A stretch of DNA of 64,000 nt from an uncultured Acidobacteriota bacterium (GTDB lineage: Bacteria > Acidobacteriota > UBA6911). The DNA is taken from the NCBI GenBank assembly GCA_963809485.1, contig CAWEJX010000008.1:416001-480000 (forward strand), written 5' to 3'. Below are positions 1-11,206 of this stretch, one piece after another. The position numbers were made by a program, and so were the translations under genes. The number at the start of each line of letters is the position of its first letter. Position 1 is the stretch's first letter. Below the pieces are notes generated by a model. That model did no database searches. It was given only the letters and a program-made list of their open reading frames with translations, and was not told the origin of the DNA.

Positions 1-1741
1 TTTCCATTTTTAGAGTAATCCACTTGTTCCACTCGGGCGGGTCCATTTGAGGGTAATCTATCCTTTGGAAGTTTAAATGCCTGCTGCTTGCCTTCCGAGC
101 CAGAGATGCATGGAGAATAATTTGCGAAAAGGAGAGTAGGCTTAGATCCTCCAGACTGCGTATCAGCTTGTGTGGATCCAGTGCATAGAGCTTAGGTACC
201 CAGTTTTTCTCAATATCCTGAAGTGCATCCAGCCCCATTGAGAGGAGCTTTTCATTTTTGAATTCGCTGCAGAAGTACTGCATATTCCGGGATATTCCGG
301 CGTGCAGTTCTTTCCATTCTATGCCTTGGCTTTTCTTAATCGGGGCATAGACGCGAGCTTTCTCAAGCGCGATTTGGTCCTTTGATACGACCGGTTCATG
401 CGATTTCAAGACATATTCGGCCGCTTTTCTGCCGGCATACCTGCCCGTGGCTTCAGCATAGCTATGGTCGGCAGGACCAAACATCTGTTCCCCGGCAGCG
501 AACAATCCATCCAGTGTAGTCATCAAATCCCAGTCGACGACAACCCCACCCCGAGTATTCATACTGTCGGGAGATCGGAAATGAGCGGGGGACGTTCCCT
601 CTAGCAATGTATAACTCGGGAACAGGTCCGTAGCCGGGTCATAGCCGGCTTCCAGGAACTTTCTTCGAATGGCTTTTGTGGTCGACTCCTCCACGTACAT
701 CAAGTCCCAGTTTATCTTTCGCCAACCCTCCGATAGGGAAGGCATATCACCCCAGAAAGGCAGCGCCAATTCCCCCTTGAGCACGGCCTCGCGGAGATTC
801 GCCCTTTGCGGGAGCGGTTTGCCGTTGTCGTCGATTTGCGAGAGATGCTCGTAGCTGGCATCGATTCCCGCATACCATTTGTGTTTATAACCGGTGCCCA
901 GACTCAGAAGCCCGGACTTCTCCATCTGAGTAACCGCAGCGCCGGCTCTAAACGCCATCACGGTGCCGTCGCCTGCATTGTTGCGGGACCTGAATGTGGT
1001 GATGCCTGCCAGCTCGGTGTTGAAAACCCAAATGGATCCTATTCCCGCTGTTGCGAGCACAATCGCTTTGGCTTTAAATATCATGAATTCGCCAGTTCGA
1101 GTATTCACTCCCGTGGCGCCTACCACCTTAGCCCCCTGGACGCCCTTTTCGTTGAGCAGGCTGGTGCCCATGACCCTATCGTAGATTTTGACACCTAAAC
1201 GCTCGCACTCCTTTTTCAGTACCGGTTTAAGCGTAGATCCCCAAAAGCGCAGACATGCGTTGGTCTGTGAATACCTTTCGGCTATTATCATCTTGGTTTT
1301 GTCATCCCTGCCCGGGCAACCTACGTACTCATCCTCCGTGTCTCTGATCTTGCCGCCCATCGGCTCCAACTCCAGGAATGCATCATAGCTTTCACGACAC
1401 TGGATATAGCGGCCAATTCCGCAGCAGTATCCGCCGTACTCGTCAATGATTTCCTGGCACCTCTGTTCGGGGGTCATTTTAGCCAGAGGAAAGGTCATTG
1501 CTTCCTCCCAGTGGTCGCCGCCCGGCCCACCAGCGCCGCTCCGCACCGTTGCCGCCTTTTCGACCATCGCAACTCTGACGCCTTTCTTCCGGGCTGCGCT
1601 TATGGCAGCTCTGCATCCGGCAATACCGCCGCCGATCACCAGGACATCGGTTTCGACGGTTTGTTCCTGCTCATATCGTATCGGATACGGCCATTCGGGC
1701 GCGCACCCCTCTTGTTCAATCAGCTCATGCCATGAGGTCAT
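1..1741 (-). CDS. FAD-dependent oxidoreductase, SdhA/FrdA/AprA/NadB flavoprotein superfamily (3' end runs off the window)
   Basis: Manual translation from ATG at 1741 (GGAGG RBS upstream): MTSWHEL...TDVLVIGGGIAGCRAA...MVEK (Rossmann GxGxxG), later GDGTVMAFRAGA and GLFAAGE. Missing from the ORF track because there is no stop in the window. Confidence 0.85.
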   Translation of the reverse strand, partial: MTSWHELIEQEGCAPEWPYPIRYEQEQTVETDVLVIGGGIAGCRAAISAARKKGVRVAMVEKAATVRSGAGGPGGDHWEEAMTFPLAKMTPEQRCQEIIDEYGGYCCGIGRYIQCRESYDAFLELEPMGGKIRDTEDEYVGCPGRDDKTKMIIAERYSQTNACLRFWGSTLKPVLKKECERLGVKIYDRVMGTSLLNEKGVQGAKVVGATGVNTRTGEFMIFKAKAIVLATAGIGSIWVFNTELAGITTFRSRNNAGDGTVMAFRAGAAVTQMEKSGLLSLGTGYKHKWYAGIDASYEHLSQIDDNGKPLPQRANLREAVLKGELALPFWGDMPSLSEGWRKINWDLMYVEESTTKAIRRKFLEAGYDPATDLFPSYTLLEGTSPAHFRSPDSMNTRGGVVVDWDLMTTLDGLFAAGEQMFGPADHSYAEATGRYAGRKAAEYVLKSHEPVVSKDQIALEKARVYAPIKKSQGIEWKELHAGISRNMQYFCSEFKNEKLLSMGLDALQDIEKNWVPKLYALDPHKLIRSLEDLSLLSFSQIILHASLARKASSRHLNFQRIDYPQMDPPEWNKWITLKME

Positions 1742-2168
1742 GTTCTAGCCTCCTTTTAAGCACTTGGGTGCTGGTCATATGACATTTCGATCGTTTGCTG
1801 CTCGATATTTGAAAACCGCCTTTTTGCAGGAGCATTTTCCTTTCAGCAAAGCTCCGAAAACATCCAAGATTCGTCGTTCGGCGGGGCGCTCTCTTGAATA
1901 GCCTGATTCTTGCACTGAATCGTGTTTTCCAGGGGCCATGCCGCGGCGAGAAACGCACTAAAAATTAAGTCGGATGACAATGATGCCATTCCGCGGCCCC
2001 ATACCAGTTCCTGTCGACTGTTCCGTAGCTCCCCGTGATGTGTCAATGTATCCGAAACCGGAAACTGGCTTACCATTCGAATCGACCGTCTGCGTTAGCT
2101 TAGCATTTGTCGACGAGGGATTACTAAGAAATGTCCGGTTAAATATGTTTTGAAAATCAGCAACAATT

Positions 2169-2325
2169 GAACTTCGCGCGATGGTAGGCCTGGCCCGGTT
2201 GTGGCAGAAACAAAACCGTCACTCAGAAGCAAGGCAGCGGTTAGCGGAAGTCTTCGACTCGCTTCACGGAAGGCCACAACACTTCCGATCTAAGGGACGC
2301 TTACGAGCTGCTTCAGCAGTTGTCT
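2169..2325 (+). pseudogene. C-terminal fragment of an adenylate cyclase/AAA-ATPase-TPR protein
   Basis: ELRAMVGLARLWQKQNRHSEARQRLAEVFD, then after a frameshift FTEGHNTSDLRDAYELLQQL. Resembles the conserved ELRAATSLARLW...FTEGFDT tail of this family. No N-terminus present. Confidence 0.65.
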
Positions 2326-2609
2326 TGCGGATATATGGACTGATTGTGTGGCCCCGCGCTATTGGACCCCTCCAACGACAAGCACCTCTACATCACGGAG
2401 CCGTCGCAGGATAGATCAGGCTTCTCCGAGATAGCCCAAAAGAAATAGTAGCCTTGGGATGGCTGTGCCTCCGGCGACCCTCGCAAGCAAATTGTATCGG
2501 TTCGGATTTCAGAAGCGGTCAATTTGCAGGTCGATAGGCCGCACGAGCGAGATTTATTCTATCCTCTGGGATAGCGCAACCCGATCCCTCCTCTGATAAC
2601 TTCCATTAT

Positions 2610-2685
2610 GTAGCTTTCGGACATCCGCCGTTGCCGATTTATTTATAACAGGTTGATTTCACAATGGGTTGGAGGTTTTGGATAG
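2610..2685. repeat. 76-bp direct repeat, copy 1, containing an IHF consensus
   Basis: gtagctttcggacatccgccgttgccgatttatttataacaggttgatttcacaatgggttggaggttttggatag, about 5 mismatches to 5155-5230. The minus strand has AATCAACCTGTTA (WATCAANNNNTTR). Confidence 0.9.
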
Positions 2686-2776
2686 AGATTTTAATAAACC
2701 TATGGTGCCATGCAGATCAGCTGCCGGCGGCAAGTTCCAGCGGCAAGCTCAATCCAGATGCGGTCATAATCACCTC

Positions 2777-3436
2777 TTATTTAACGTAAATTATTTTCGA
2801 ACCCTGTTTCTTTATTTTCAGGGAAGCCTGTCTGTTGATAGCCGGGTCGGTAACAATCTGCCATATTCCCCAGAGGGCCGGCAGGAAAGCCTTGAATGTA
2901 CTGACCTCGGCGATGTTGTGTGTTTTCCATCCGCCGCCGGTCGGTTTCTTTCCGCTCGGGTGCGGCGGCAACGGTCCAAGCGGTGCACCGTGGGGAGGCC
3001 CATTGCGGGGAGGCCCGCCGGGAATGCCGTGCATGCAGGAACGCATTTTGCAGCCGCCGGGGATAGCCTCCCATTGGTGGGAAAGCACTACGGACATTTT
3101 CCCGGTACGGGGGTCGGTCGGCCCCGCGGCAGTAAGAAGGTGTTCGTAAGTCCAGAACTTTTTCTGTTCGTCGGTACCAAGGTTGGGGTCCACCCACTCG
3201 ATACGGAGATGCATGACCGGGCCGTAATCGATACTCTCGGTAGCTATCTGCACCGCGCCGATATGCCCGCCCAGCGGCGGTGTAACGTCCCATTTGAATC
3301 CCTTGTGCTCGTCAGGGCACCATAGTTCGTAGCCTTTTTCCATATTTACCCACCACCAATCGATCATTTCTTCGGTCACGCCGGGAACAATATGATCGAC
3401 AACGGCCCAACTTTCAGGAAATTTTTCTTCGCCCAT
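2777..3436 (-). CDS. DAPG hydrolase (PhlG)-like protein
   Basis: PGVTEEMIDWWW...YELWCPDEH motif and a late H-x3-E; contains a Pro/Gly-rich insert. Confidence 0.6.
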   Translation of the reverse strand: MGEEKFPESWAVVDHIVPGVTEEMIDWWWVNMEKGYELWCPDEHKGFKWDVTPPLGGHIGAVQIATESIDYGPVMHLRIEWVDPNLGTDEQKKFWTYEHLLTAAGPTDPRTGKMSVVLSHQWEAIPGGCKMRSCMHGIPGGPPRNGPPHGAPLGPLPPHPSGKKPTGGGWKTHNIAEVSTFKAFLPALWGIWQIVTDPAINRQASLKIKKQGSKIIYVK

Positions 3437-3496
3437 GGGATTGCCTTTTCTCCTTAATGTTTACTTGGTTGTGTACAAGCAAATTATATGTGATAT

Positions 3497-3734
3497 CACT
3501 CTTGTCCAAAACAGGTTTTGTAAATTTGATCAGCAAAAAATCGCAAATGGATAGAAAATGAAAAGTGCACAGCGAGCCCTAACTTGGGTCAGATTGATTT
3601 TGGCTAAAAAGTCGATTTACCAAGGAAATCCGACCGTGCAGAGATTTTCCAGCATCTTCTCCCAATTGCTGCAACTCTTTCCCCGTCTCGAATTCGACCA
3701 AGCAGTGAAAAAGAATAAACTCAGCTGCTTCTAA
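3497..3734 (+). mobile_element. IS4-family remnant: left end plus the start of a DUF4372-type transposase
   Basis: CACTCTTGTCCAAAA end-like sequence at 3497. GTG at 3636 gives VQRFSSIFSQLLQLFPRLEFDQAVKK, which is truncated at the MFS terminator. Confidence 0.65.
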
Positions 3735-3751
3735 AGCAAGCTGAGTTTTTT
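3717..3751 (-). terminator. Intrinsic terminator downstream of the OFA transporter
   Basis: aaactcagc-tgct...agca-a-gctgagttt hairpin flanked by A/T runs. Confidence 0.7.
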
Positions 3752-3776
3752 AAATTATTTATTTCGCTTAAAAATA

Positions 3777-5063
3777 TTATGCTTTATTTTCTGCTGCGAT
3801 TGCCCTGCTCGCGAATGTCAGCGCGGCGCCTACAACAAGCATGCAGATGATTATCACGAATGTCAGGCCGTTCGATCCTGCTTTGTCAAGGATCATGCCG
3901 TTTACTCTCGGCATAACAAGCCCGCCGACTCCCCACGCAGTGAAGACAATACCGTAATTGAGCCCGTAGCTTTTCAGGCCGAAATAGTCTTTTGTCACTG
4001 CCGGAAAGATCGCTAAATTCGCTCCGTAATTTGCGCCAATGAAAAGAACGATAAGCATGATGAGCATCCATCCGCCGCCGGCCTGCATGTAGTACAGGCA
4101 CGCGATTACGGCAGCCTGGAACAGGAAGCAGATAAAAAGAGTCCACTGGCGCCCGATCTTGTCCGATATCATTCCCGCGATGATGCGGCCTCCGGCGTTC
4201 CCGACTGCGAGAATTGCTACCGCGATAAATGCGAGTTCGCCCAGAGATCTTTTGCCCAGGTCCTGGGCAACGCTGATGAATGTGAGGCCTGCAGAAGCTC
4301 CGATAAAATACATCAGCCAAAGAATATAGAACTGCGTTCCGCTCATCATTTGTTTCCATGTCATTTCAACGTGAGGCTGGCTGCTCCCGCCTGTCTTCGA
4401 GGCAGGAACCGCTGAGAAACCGGCCGGAGGATTTTTCAATAACTGTGATAGTATCGTAACGATTATCAGGAAGCCGATACCGAATGTGATCATTGTGCTC
4501 GATACGCCTTTTTCAACGATCTCTTTGCCTGTGGCCGCGTCGATTGCTCCTGTGGCTTTTGCGAAGAATGACAGCATCCATGTGCCGAGAGGCGCGATAT
4601 ACACTGAAGCGAGGCCGAATCCGGCCACCACAAGCCCCGCGATCATTCCTGTCTTCTGCGGAGGAAACCATTTGACGGCTGGCGGGGTCGCCGAGGCGTA
4701 GCCGAAGCCGATCCCAATTCCCGCGAGTATTCCGAACCCGATGACAAATCCCGCGAGCGATGAGCCTGAAAAGCCGGCAATAATGCAGCCGGCGCCTGTG
4801 AGAATGCCGCCGATCGTGGCAACCCAGCGCGGGCCAATTACATCCTGCAGCTTGCCAGCGGGCACCATGGCGCAAGCGAACACGATACACGCTACAGCGT
4901 AGGGAAGAGCTTTATCAGCGTTGTTCCATCCCCATGACTCGGGAATTCCGCCTTTAATGACGCTCCAAGCGTACAGAATACCGAGCGCCAAATTGATCCC
5001 AAGGCCGGCGAACGTGACAGCCCAGCCTTTGTTCTTTACTGATTCTGACATAATAGGCTCCAT
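3777..5063 (-). CDS. OFA (oxalate:formate antiporter) family MFS transporter
   Basis: LGILYAWS, GKLQDVIGPR, KWFPPQKTGMIAGLVVAGFG, GMISDKIGR, DYFGLKSYGLNYG; about 12 TM segments. Confidence 0.9.
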   Translation of the reverse strand: MEPIMSESVKNKGWAVTFAGLGINLALGILYAWSVIKGGIPESWGWNNADKALPYAVACIVFACAMVPAGKLQDVIGPRWVATIGGILTGAGCIIAGFSGSSLAGFVIGFGILAGIGIGFGYASATPPAVKWFPPQKTGMIAGLVVAGFGLASVYIAPLGTWMLSFFAKATGAIDAATGKEIVEKGVSSTMITFGIGFLIIVTILSQLLKNPPAGFSAVPASKTGGSSQPHVEMTWKQMMSGTQFYILWLMYFIGASAGLTFISVAQDLGKRSLGELAFIAVAILAVGNAGGRIIAGMISDKIGRQWTLFICFLFQAAVIACLYYMQAGGGWMLIMLIVLFIGANYGANLAIFPAVTKDYFGLKSYGLNYGIVFTAWGVGGLVMPRVNGMILDKAGSNGLTFVIIICMLVVGAALTFASRAIAAENKA

Positions 5064-5154
5064 ATTTTTCTTTTTATAAGATACACGTTTTGCCTGGCAG
5101 GCGTCTATTCCGGTCCCCGGATGTCTTCTACACTGTTTCTGATAAAAGGCATTA

Positions 5155-5230
5155 GTAGCTATCGGACATCCGCCGTTGCCGATTTATTTGTAACAGTTTG
5201 ATTTTACAATAGGTTGGAGGTTTTGGATAG
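5155..5230. repeat. 76-bp direct repeat, copy 2, containing an IHF consensus
   Basis: gtagctatcggacatccgccgttgccgatttatttgtaacagtttgattttacaataggttggaggttttggatag. Confidence 0.9.
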
Positions 5231-5236
5231 TGCAGG

Positions 5237-5273
5237 CTCGCCGCCGCCGCTCTTGGCGGGCGGCAGCGGCGAG
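5237..5273 (-). terminator. GC-rich hairpin downstream of the TonB-dependent receptor
   Basis: ctcgccgccgccgc...gcggcagcggcgag; no clear U-tract. Confidence 0.45.
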
Positions 5274-5303
5274 GCGAGGTGCAAGTCCTCGATCAGTCTC
5301 AGC

Positions 5304-8300
5304 CTAGAAACTGATTCGGGCCACAATTATCCCACTGCGTGGCGAGAGGCCCGTGTTTGTGTTGATGTCGCCAAAGCCGCCTGATGTTTCGCGAGAGCTC
5401 GTCCAACTCTGTGTGGTTTGGGCATTAGTCGCTGTTGGATTGCCATAACTCAGGCGGTTGAATATGTTTTGGAAATCAGCGCGAATATTCAGGGCAACTC
5501 CCTCCTTGATCCGGAAATTCCGTCCGATGCTCATAGCTTCCGTTGGATGGCGCTGGTATCGGTAGTCCCCGAAATAGGCGGGCGAGTACCCGAATTTTCC
5601 CACAGGTGGATCTGTCCAGGCTGCCGGATTCAATACGAAATCCGTATAGGGGTCATAGGAGCTTCTGTCATTCATATCCATAGGGCTCTTGGTGATAGCG
5701 CCGCTAGCGTCTTTACGAGTCCTCAAAAAAAACGGTTGGCCCGGAACCCGATTAGCGAAAGTGTTCCGGAAGAGATACGAGCTGAGCTTGCTTTGCGCGG
5801 CTGGGGATTGAATCGGGAAGCCGCTTGCGATCTCCAGAACGACGCCGAACGTCCAATCGCGGATCGCCCACGACAGCGCCTTGTTTGTTCCCAACTTGGG
5901 CAATGTATAGTTCAGAGACGTAATCCATACAACGGGGCGGGAATACCGCGAAATGTACTTGTTCACCTTACGGTCGAACACGTCGTTTACGGCCGCCAGG
6001 CCCGTGTTAATGAAGTCTTCCCCCCCATCGTCAGTTCTTTCTGCCAGCTAAATGCGCTGGTGAAATCGAGCCCATGGGAAAACCGTTTGGTGGCCTTTAT
6101 CTGCAGCCCGTCATACCAGGTTCTGCCGAGCGGAGCATAGCGATAATCGATCTGTGTGAACTGTGGAAACGGGCGTAAGGATTGAGCGACCGTATTCTTC
6201 AGCGGGAAGCTCCCGTAGGGCGGAGTGCTGTACGTATTTCCCGTTATGGGATCTATTCGGGTTGCTGCCCCTGAGGTTTTGGAATCCATAGCAGATGACA
6301 GCAGCAGCCGATCGGCCGCATTGTTGATGTCGAGGCCGTGGGAAGAAATCATCTGCTCAGTTAACGCATTTACATTTATGAGCGAGTTTCCCTCCCACCA
6401 AGCGCCGCGGTTGCCGACGTAAGAGATTTCTATCGACAGGTTCCGGAATATCTCGTGCTGAATGCTGAGGCTCCACTGGATCTGTCTCGGCGGCCGGCCG
6501 GCGTTGTGATCGATTGCAATCGGAACCGTGCCGGGCACGCCGCGAATCGGATATTGGCCGGCATCCAAACTGGGCCAAGGACCTGCCGCCGGCGCGCCTT
6601 CGCTCAGGAGTCTCGCTGGATCACCGAAGGAGGGCCGCTCATACGGATTTGTCGAGGCGAAGCTCTGCGAGGTTCGGTTCTCGCTGGCTGTTTGCCCGTA
6701 AGAGATGCCGGCGCCAGCGCGGATCACCGTCTTTGGGGTGATCTGATAAGCAATCCCCAGACGCGGGCCGAACGCGTAGTGATAGACCTTCGCAAAGTCG
6801 CAATTGCACTGGCCCGGTCCGGAGCCTTCAAAGATCACGGCCCCCAGCAGGCCTCCTGCAGTAGGGTTCGGAGTGGTAGGCGAGAAATTGGCAACCCGGC
6901 CCCACCTCTCCCGCAAGTAGTCCTGATAATCCCACCGCAATCCATAATCGAGGGTGAATTTGCGCGTCATTTTCCAGCTATCCTGGGCAAATATACCCCA
7001 GGCCGATTTCCCCAGCTTGGGACTGCTGATAACTCCAATGTCGCCGTTGTTGACGAGTCCCAAAAGGAAACTCGCGTACGGGAACCCGATGCGGAGACCT
7101 TGAGTGTTCAATCCTTCAATGGCGAGTCCGGTCTGTTGCTCGTTAAAGACATAGGTGCCATAGGCAGGCGATTCCAAGGTGGCCGGGTATCCCTCGAGGC
7201 GCATTTCGCCGCCAAACTTATAGCTGTGATTGGACCTGATCCACGTGAGGCTGGCATTCGCAGTGGTTCTAAGCATGCGCGTGAGGGACTGCTGAAGGGG
7301 GCCCATCTGCTTCATGCCGCCGCGGCCGGGCACTGTCATATCCAGAATGTAGGGGAAGTATTCGGCGTTCGCTCCCGGAAGGCCAAGTTCTTTTAGTTGG
7401 TCGAAGCCTTTATAGGGATTGGGGTCGCCAAAGCTCATTGTCATGGTGCCAACACCCAAATGAACAAGAGAAGTTGGCGTAAGGTTATGGTCAAAGCCGA
7501 GACGCGCCGTATCCGCACTCACGTCCGTGTTCCTGGTAATCGTAACAGCCGTAGGGATGCCATCGGCAAAGGCATAGGAATTCGGATTCCACGTCTTGGT
7601 TCTCGACCAGAAGAATGTCAGCTTGTCTTTGGAACTTAGGTTGTGATCGATCTTGAACGAGGGAACAGTCCGGTGATTAACGCTTTCCCATGGGTTGATG
7701 TAGTTGGAGCTTAGGTCATTCATGCTGGGGCCCTGTGGCGCTGGAATCAGGGCTTGAATATTGACCGAGACCGGATCGAACCGATCTTTCGGGATCGTAT
7801 TTTCGGGAAACGGATCCCGAACACGCTGGCCGTTTGGAGCGATGCGGTCCGTTTCCGGATCATAAATCGTGCCCTCATATATATCGCGGCCGAGAGGATC
7901 TTTGGTAATGGCTTTCTTTCCGGTCAATGCCTGCTGGAAATTGCCCTCGCGATAGGCGGGCGTGGGAACAGTAAGTTTAGTGGAATTGTAGTTTGTCGTC
8001 TCGCGATACTGCTCCCAATTAAAGAAGAAGAATGTTTTGTTGTGACCGTCGTAAACCTTGGGAACATACACGGGACCGCCCAGGGTGAGACCGTAGTTAT
8101 GTCTGCGCACCTTGTCCTTATTGTTAAGAAAAGGTTTATTGGCGTTAAGCGCCTCATTGCTCCAATAATCATAGGCGCTGCCATGCAACGAGTTGGTGCC
8201 GGACTTCATAGTAACGTTGAAGAAGCCGCCCCCCGATTGTCCATACTCGGCAGAATAGTTGCTCGTCTGGATGGCTACCTCTTCGACCGCATCCAGGCTT

Positions 8301-8917
8301 TGTTGCGCCATTGACGTGCTGTTCAGCAGGATTCCGTTGGCCGCATCCTGGCCTTCTACGCGAATGGACTGAGAGTTGTTGGGAGCTCCATTAACCCGCA
8401 CATATCCTCTGTTCATATATGCCGAACCCGGTATCAACTGCGTCGCGGCATAGGGATCGCGAATTGTCGGCTGGAATCCCAATACTGGAAGAGCGTCTAT
8501 TTTCTCCGTTGTAACAACGTGACTCAAATCGCCGCTTTCTGTCTTCAGCAGCGGAGCGTCGGCATTGACGACGACGGTTTCGGCAATATTACCCACATCG
8601 AGCTTGATGTCGATGCGCAAGGTCTGCGCTACCAACACCGTAATGCCTGTCTGTAAGAATTGTCTGAATCCGGGCACCGAGGCAGATAGCTGGTATTTGC
8701 CTGAAGGCAACTGGGCTATCGTGTAATTGCCCGTTGTCGTGCTCACCGCCTGATACACGGCACCGGTATTGAGGTTTTTAGCTTCAATCGGTGCTTTGGG
8801 GATAATGGCGCCCGCCGAATCGGTGACGGCACCGGTGATCGTACCACGGTCGCTCTGGGCAAATACCGCCCCAGCGGCCAGAAGCACACAACAAACCGCT
8901 GAAATGATGAATCGCAT
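5304..8917 (-). CDS. TonB-dependent receptor with carboxypeptidase-regulatory-like N-terminus (Acidobacteria type); frameshift at the C7 run 6020-6026
   Basis: Signal peptide, AQSDRGTITGAVTD, TSNYSAEYGQSGGG, FAQDSWK, C-terminal ARISF. ORFs 5987-8989 and 5304-5981 join if one G is added to the run. Confidence 0.9.
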
Positions 8918-9387
8918 GAGACATTCCTCCTCGATAGTTGGTTGGCCACAACCGCCACGACCCGGAAACTCCGGAATGAGAAATCTCAAGCACGCATGTC
9001 ATCAACAACAAACCTGTTTCATCCTGTTTATTGCGCGGCCGCGCGGCTCCCAATTTGTCGAGTAGAACCTTGAAATGACTTCTGAATTTACTGGGCTGCG
9101 CTGGCGAGTCTTGCCTCTTGGCCGCTACGGGATCAGACTAACTATGCCATCAATCGCGTATTTGATTTCAGTATACGAGTGGCCCTCGGGGCACACAAGA
9201 GGAAAGTTGCGTCAGAAGCATCCGGCAATTTCAGGGGGCAGACTCAATAGGAGCTGCCGGTATCGTCGGCGCCTCGCCGGCTATTTGCAGTGTGGCTGAC
9301 TTTTTTGAGGATCTAAAGGCTGGTTCGCACGCCCGGATGGTCTGGAATACGAGAAGAAATTGAGACTCGACCTCGGCCTGCGGCACT

Positions 9388-11190
9388 TCAGTTCCTGGTA
9401 AACTCGACATCTGTCTGAGCGGTGGTCGATTGAGAGGTCCCAGTTTCAGAAACTTCAATCAAAAGCTTGTACTTGCCCGGCGCCACGTCGCGAAAAGGAA
9501 TATCGACCGCGACCGTGGCTTCCGAATTCCCGGTCTGTGAAATGCGCCCCTCCAACGGAATGGTGGCTAGCATCAACTCTTCGCCATTCGCGCCGAGCAA
9601 CCTGGCTCTCGCCTCCAGTTTCCAGGTGCCGGAGCCGGTGGGAAGATTGTAGATCTTCAATAAGACGGTCATCGGGAGATTCACCGGCAATTTGTTTTCA
9701 ATGCTGGGCGAAATTTGCATCCCGGAATAAACAAAAGGATCGCTGTCATCCAGCAGTTTCGAATGCAGAGTTCGAATCAAATCAGGAAGTGGCGATAGCT
9801 TATCGACAATCACCAGGCTGCTCGCTGCCAGACCATTCTCAGTGAGGGCAGGCAAAACCAGAGACTGCTCCATCGACCCCACATGACCCTCCTCGTCCGA
9901 CACAGCCAGCTTCAGACGGTACTTCCCAGGGCGCAGCCTGAACTGGTTCTGATAGGCCAAATTTGTCTTGCGGAATTCCGACTCCTGCTCTTTCGCGAAA
10001 GTCAGATTCAGAGGCTCACTAAAACGGGCGGCAACGGTACCATCTTCGCCATATGCGGCACCCATGATGTTCAGGACGCAGCGGTATTGCTCTTGAGTTT
10101 TTCTGAGCTTCAGTTTTTCCGTACGGATTTTTGTCGAGATTATCACCTTTGCCGACTTGGGCGAGACATAAAAGTAACTGGCGCGAAATGTTATTGGGAT
10201 CTCTCCGTTTGAAACATTGGAACTCATGGCATTCAGGAGAGATTTTTCCTGCCGGGAATTTGCCAGACTGTCGAGCGGGCGCCGGTCCCTATAAAAGTTT
10301 TGGTAGCGCAGCCTGACATTCCTCACATCTGTCTTGACCTCTAGTTTGTGATAGGCTCCGTCCCGTTTCGGATTGCCGGATTGAAAGCCCAGCACATAAT
10401 AGTGGCCCAGCTGTTTGACCCATTTCCCAAGCTCCCGTTCAAAATCGTGTCGGGGCTCGGCAAAATAAAACCAAATATTGTCCCTGATCCATGCATTTGT
10501 GCCACCAGTGTAACCAGTGTAAACGAGGACACATTTCTGACCTCTGAGGTGTCCTAGCGTGGATGCCAATTTGTCCAGACTGGCCCCGATTCTAGGGGTG
10601 GAAAGCCTCCGTGGCATCTCCGGCAAAGCGTTTTTCTCCGGCAAAGCGTTTTCCGGGGCGTTCAATCGCCCCGACGGCCACCCTGCAGGATTTTCATACA
10701 TAGGATTGGTATTGGCTACCGAAACTGCCGACTGGCCGGCTGCGGCCATAACCTTTTCCCGATCGTTGGTGAAATTCTGAAGAACTCTTGAAGCGGACAT
10801 GCCAAAAGAAGCCACAGCGAACTGATCCTGCACGCCCATGTGCTCCTTTACGAACTTTACAGCTGAGTCGCGCGCTGGCTTGATCTCATAGGAAAGCAGC
10901 CCACCGTCATCAAAAATGATCAGCACGGTTTTCGCCTGAGCTGTACCGTCGGCAGTATCGGACACCTCCTCGAAATTCGAGATCTCCTGTTCTTTGCCAT
11001 CCTCATAGAGCCGGAAGTTGTCCTTCGCAAGATTTCGAATCGGATTGCCTGCCCGGTCGACTACAGTAACTTCAGTTGTTACGAGTTCAACGTCAACACG
11101 CAGTTGGACCGAGCTCCCGGATTGAGCGGCCCAGGAATGAGCGGAGGGAAAAAGTAGTCCGAAAAAGCACAAAACCTGGAAATTGCGCAT
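9388..11190 (-). CDS. Acidobacterial VWA-domain protein
   Basis: Signal peptide, LRVDVELVTTEVTVVDRAGNPIRNL..F.LYEDGKEQEI, YYVLGF..DGAYHKLEVK. Confidence 0.85.
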   Translation of the reverse strand: MRNFQVLCFFGLLFPSAHSWAAQSGSSVQLRVDVELVTTEVTVVDRAGNPIRNLAKDNFRLYEDGKEQEISNFEEVSDTADGTAQAKTVLIIFDDGGLLSYEIKPARDSAVKFVKEHMGVQDQFAVASFGMSASRVLQNFTNDREKVMAAAGQSAVSVANTNPMYENPAGWPSGRLNAPENALPEKNALPEMPRRLSTPRIGASLDKLASTLGHLRGQKCVLVYTGYTGGTNAWIRDNIWFYFAEPRHDFERELGKWVKQLGHYYVLGFQSGNPKRDGAYHKLEVKTDVRNVRLRYQNFYRDRRPLDSLANSRQEKSLLNAMSSNVSNGEIPITFRASYFYVSPKSAKVIISTKIRTEKLKLRKTQEQYRCVLNIMGAAYGEDGTVAARFSEPLNLTFAKEQESEFRKTNLAYQNQFRLRPGKYRLKLAVSDEEGHVGSMEQSLVLPALTENGLAASSLVIVDKLSPLPDLIRTLHSKLLDDSDPFVYSGMQISPSIENKLPVNLPMTVLLKIYNLPTGSGTWKLEARARLLGANGEELMLATIPLEGRISQTGNSEATVAVDIPFRDVAPGKYKLLIEVSETGTSQSTTAQTDVEFTRN

Positions 11191-11206
11191 AGGACCTCTC
11201 TGCGGG

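Noticed and set aside
1-1741. Calling the flavoprotein aprA or sdhA
   Set aside because: Only superfamily motifs are recognisable, and no partner subunits are visible in the window.
2610-5230. 76-bp repeats as integron attC sites
   Set aside because: They lack RYYYAAC/GTTRRRY ends and a full-length hairpin, and no integron integrase is present.
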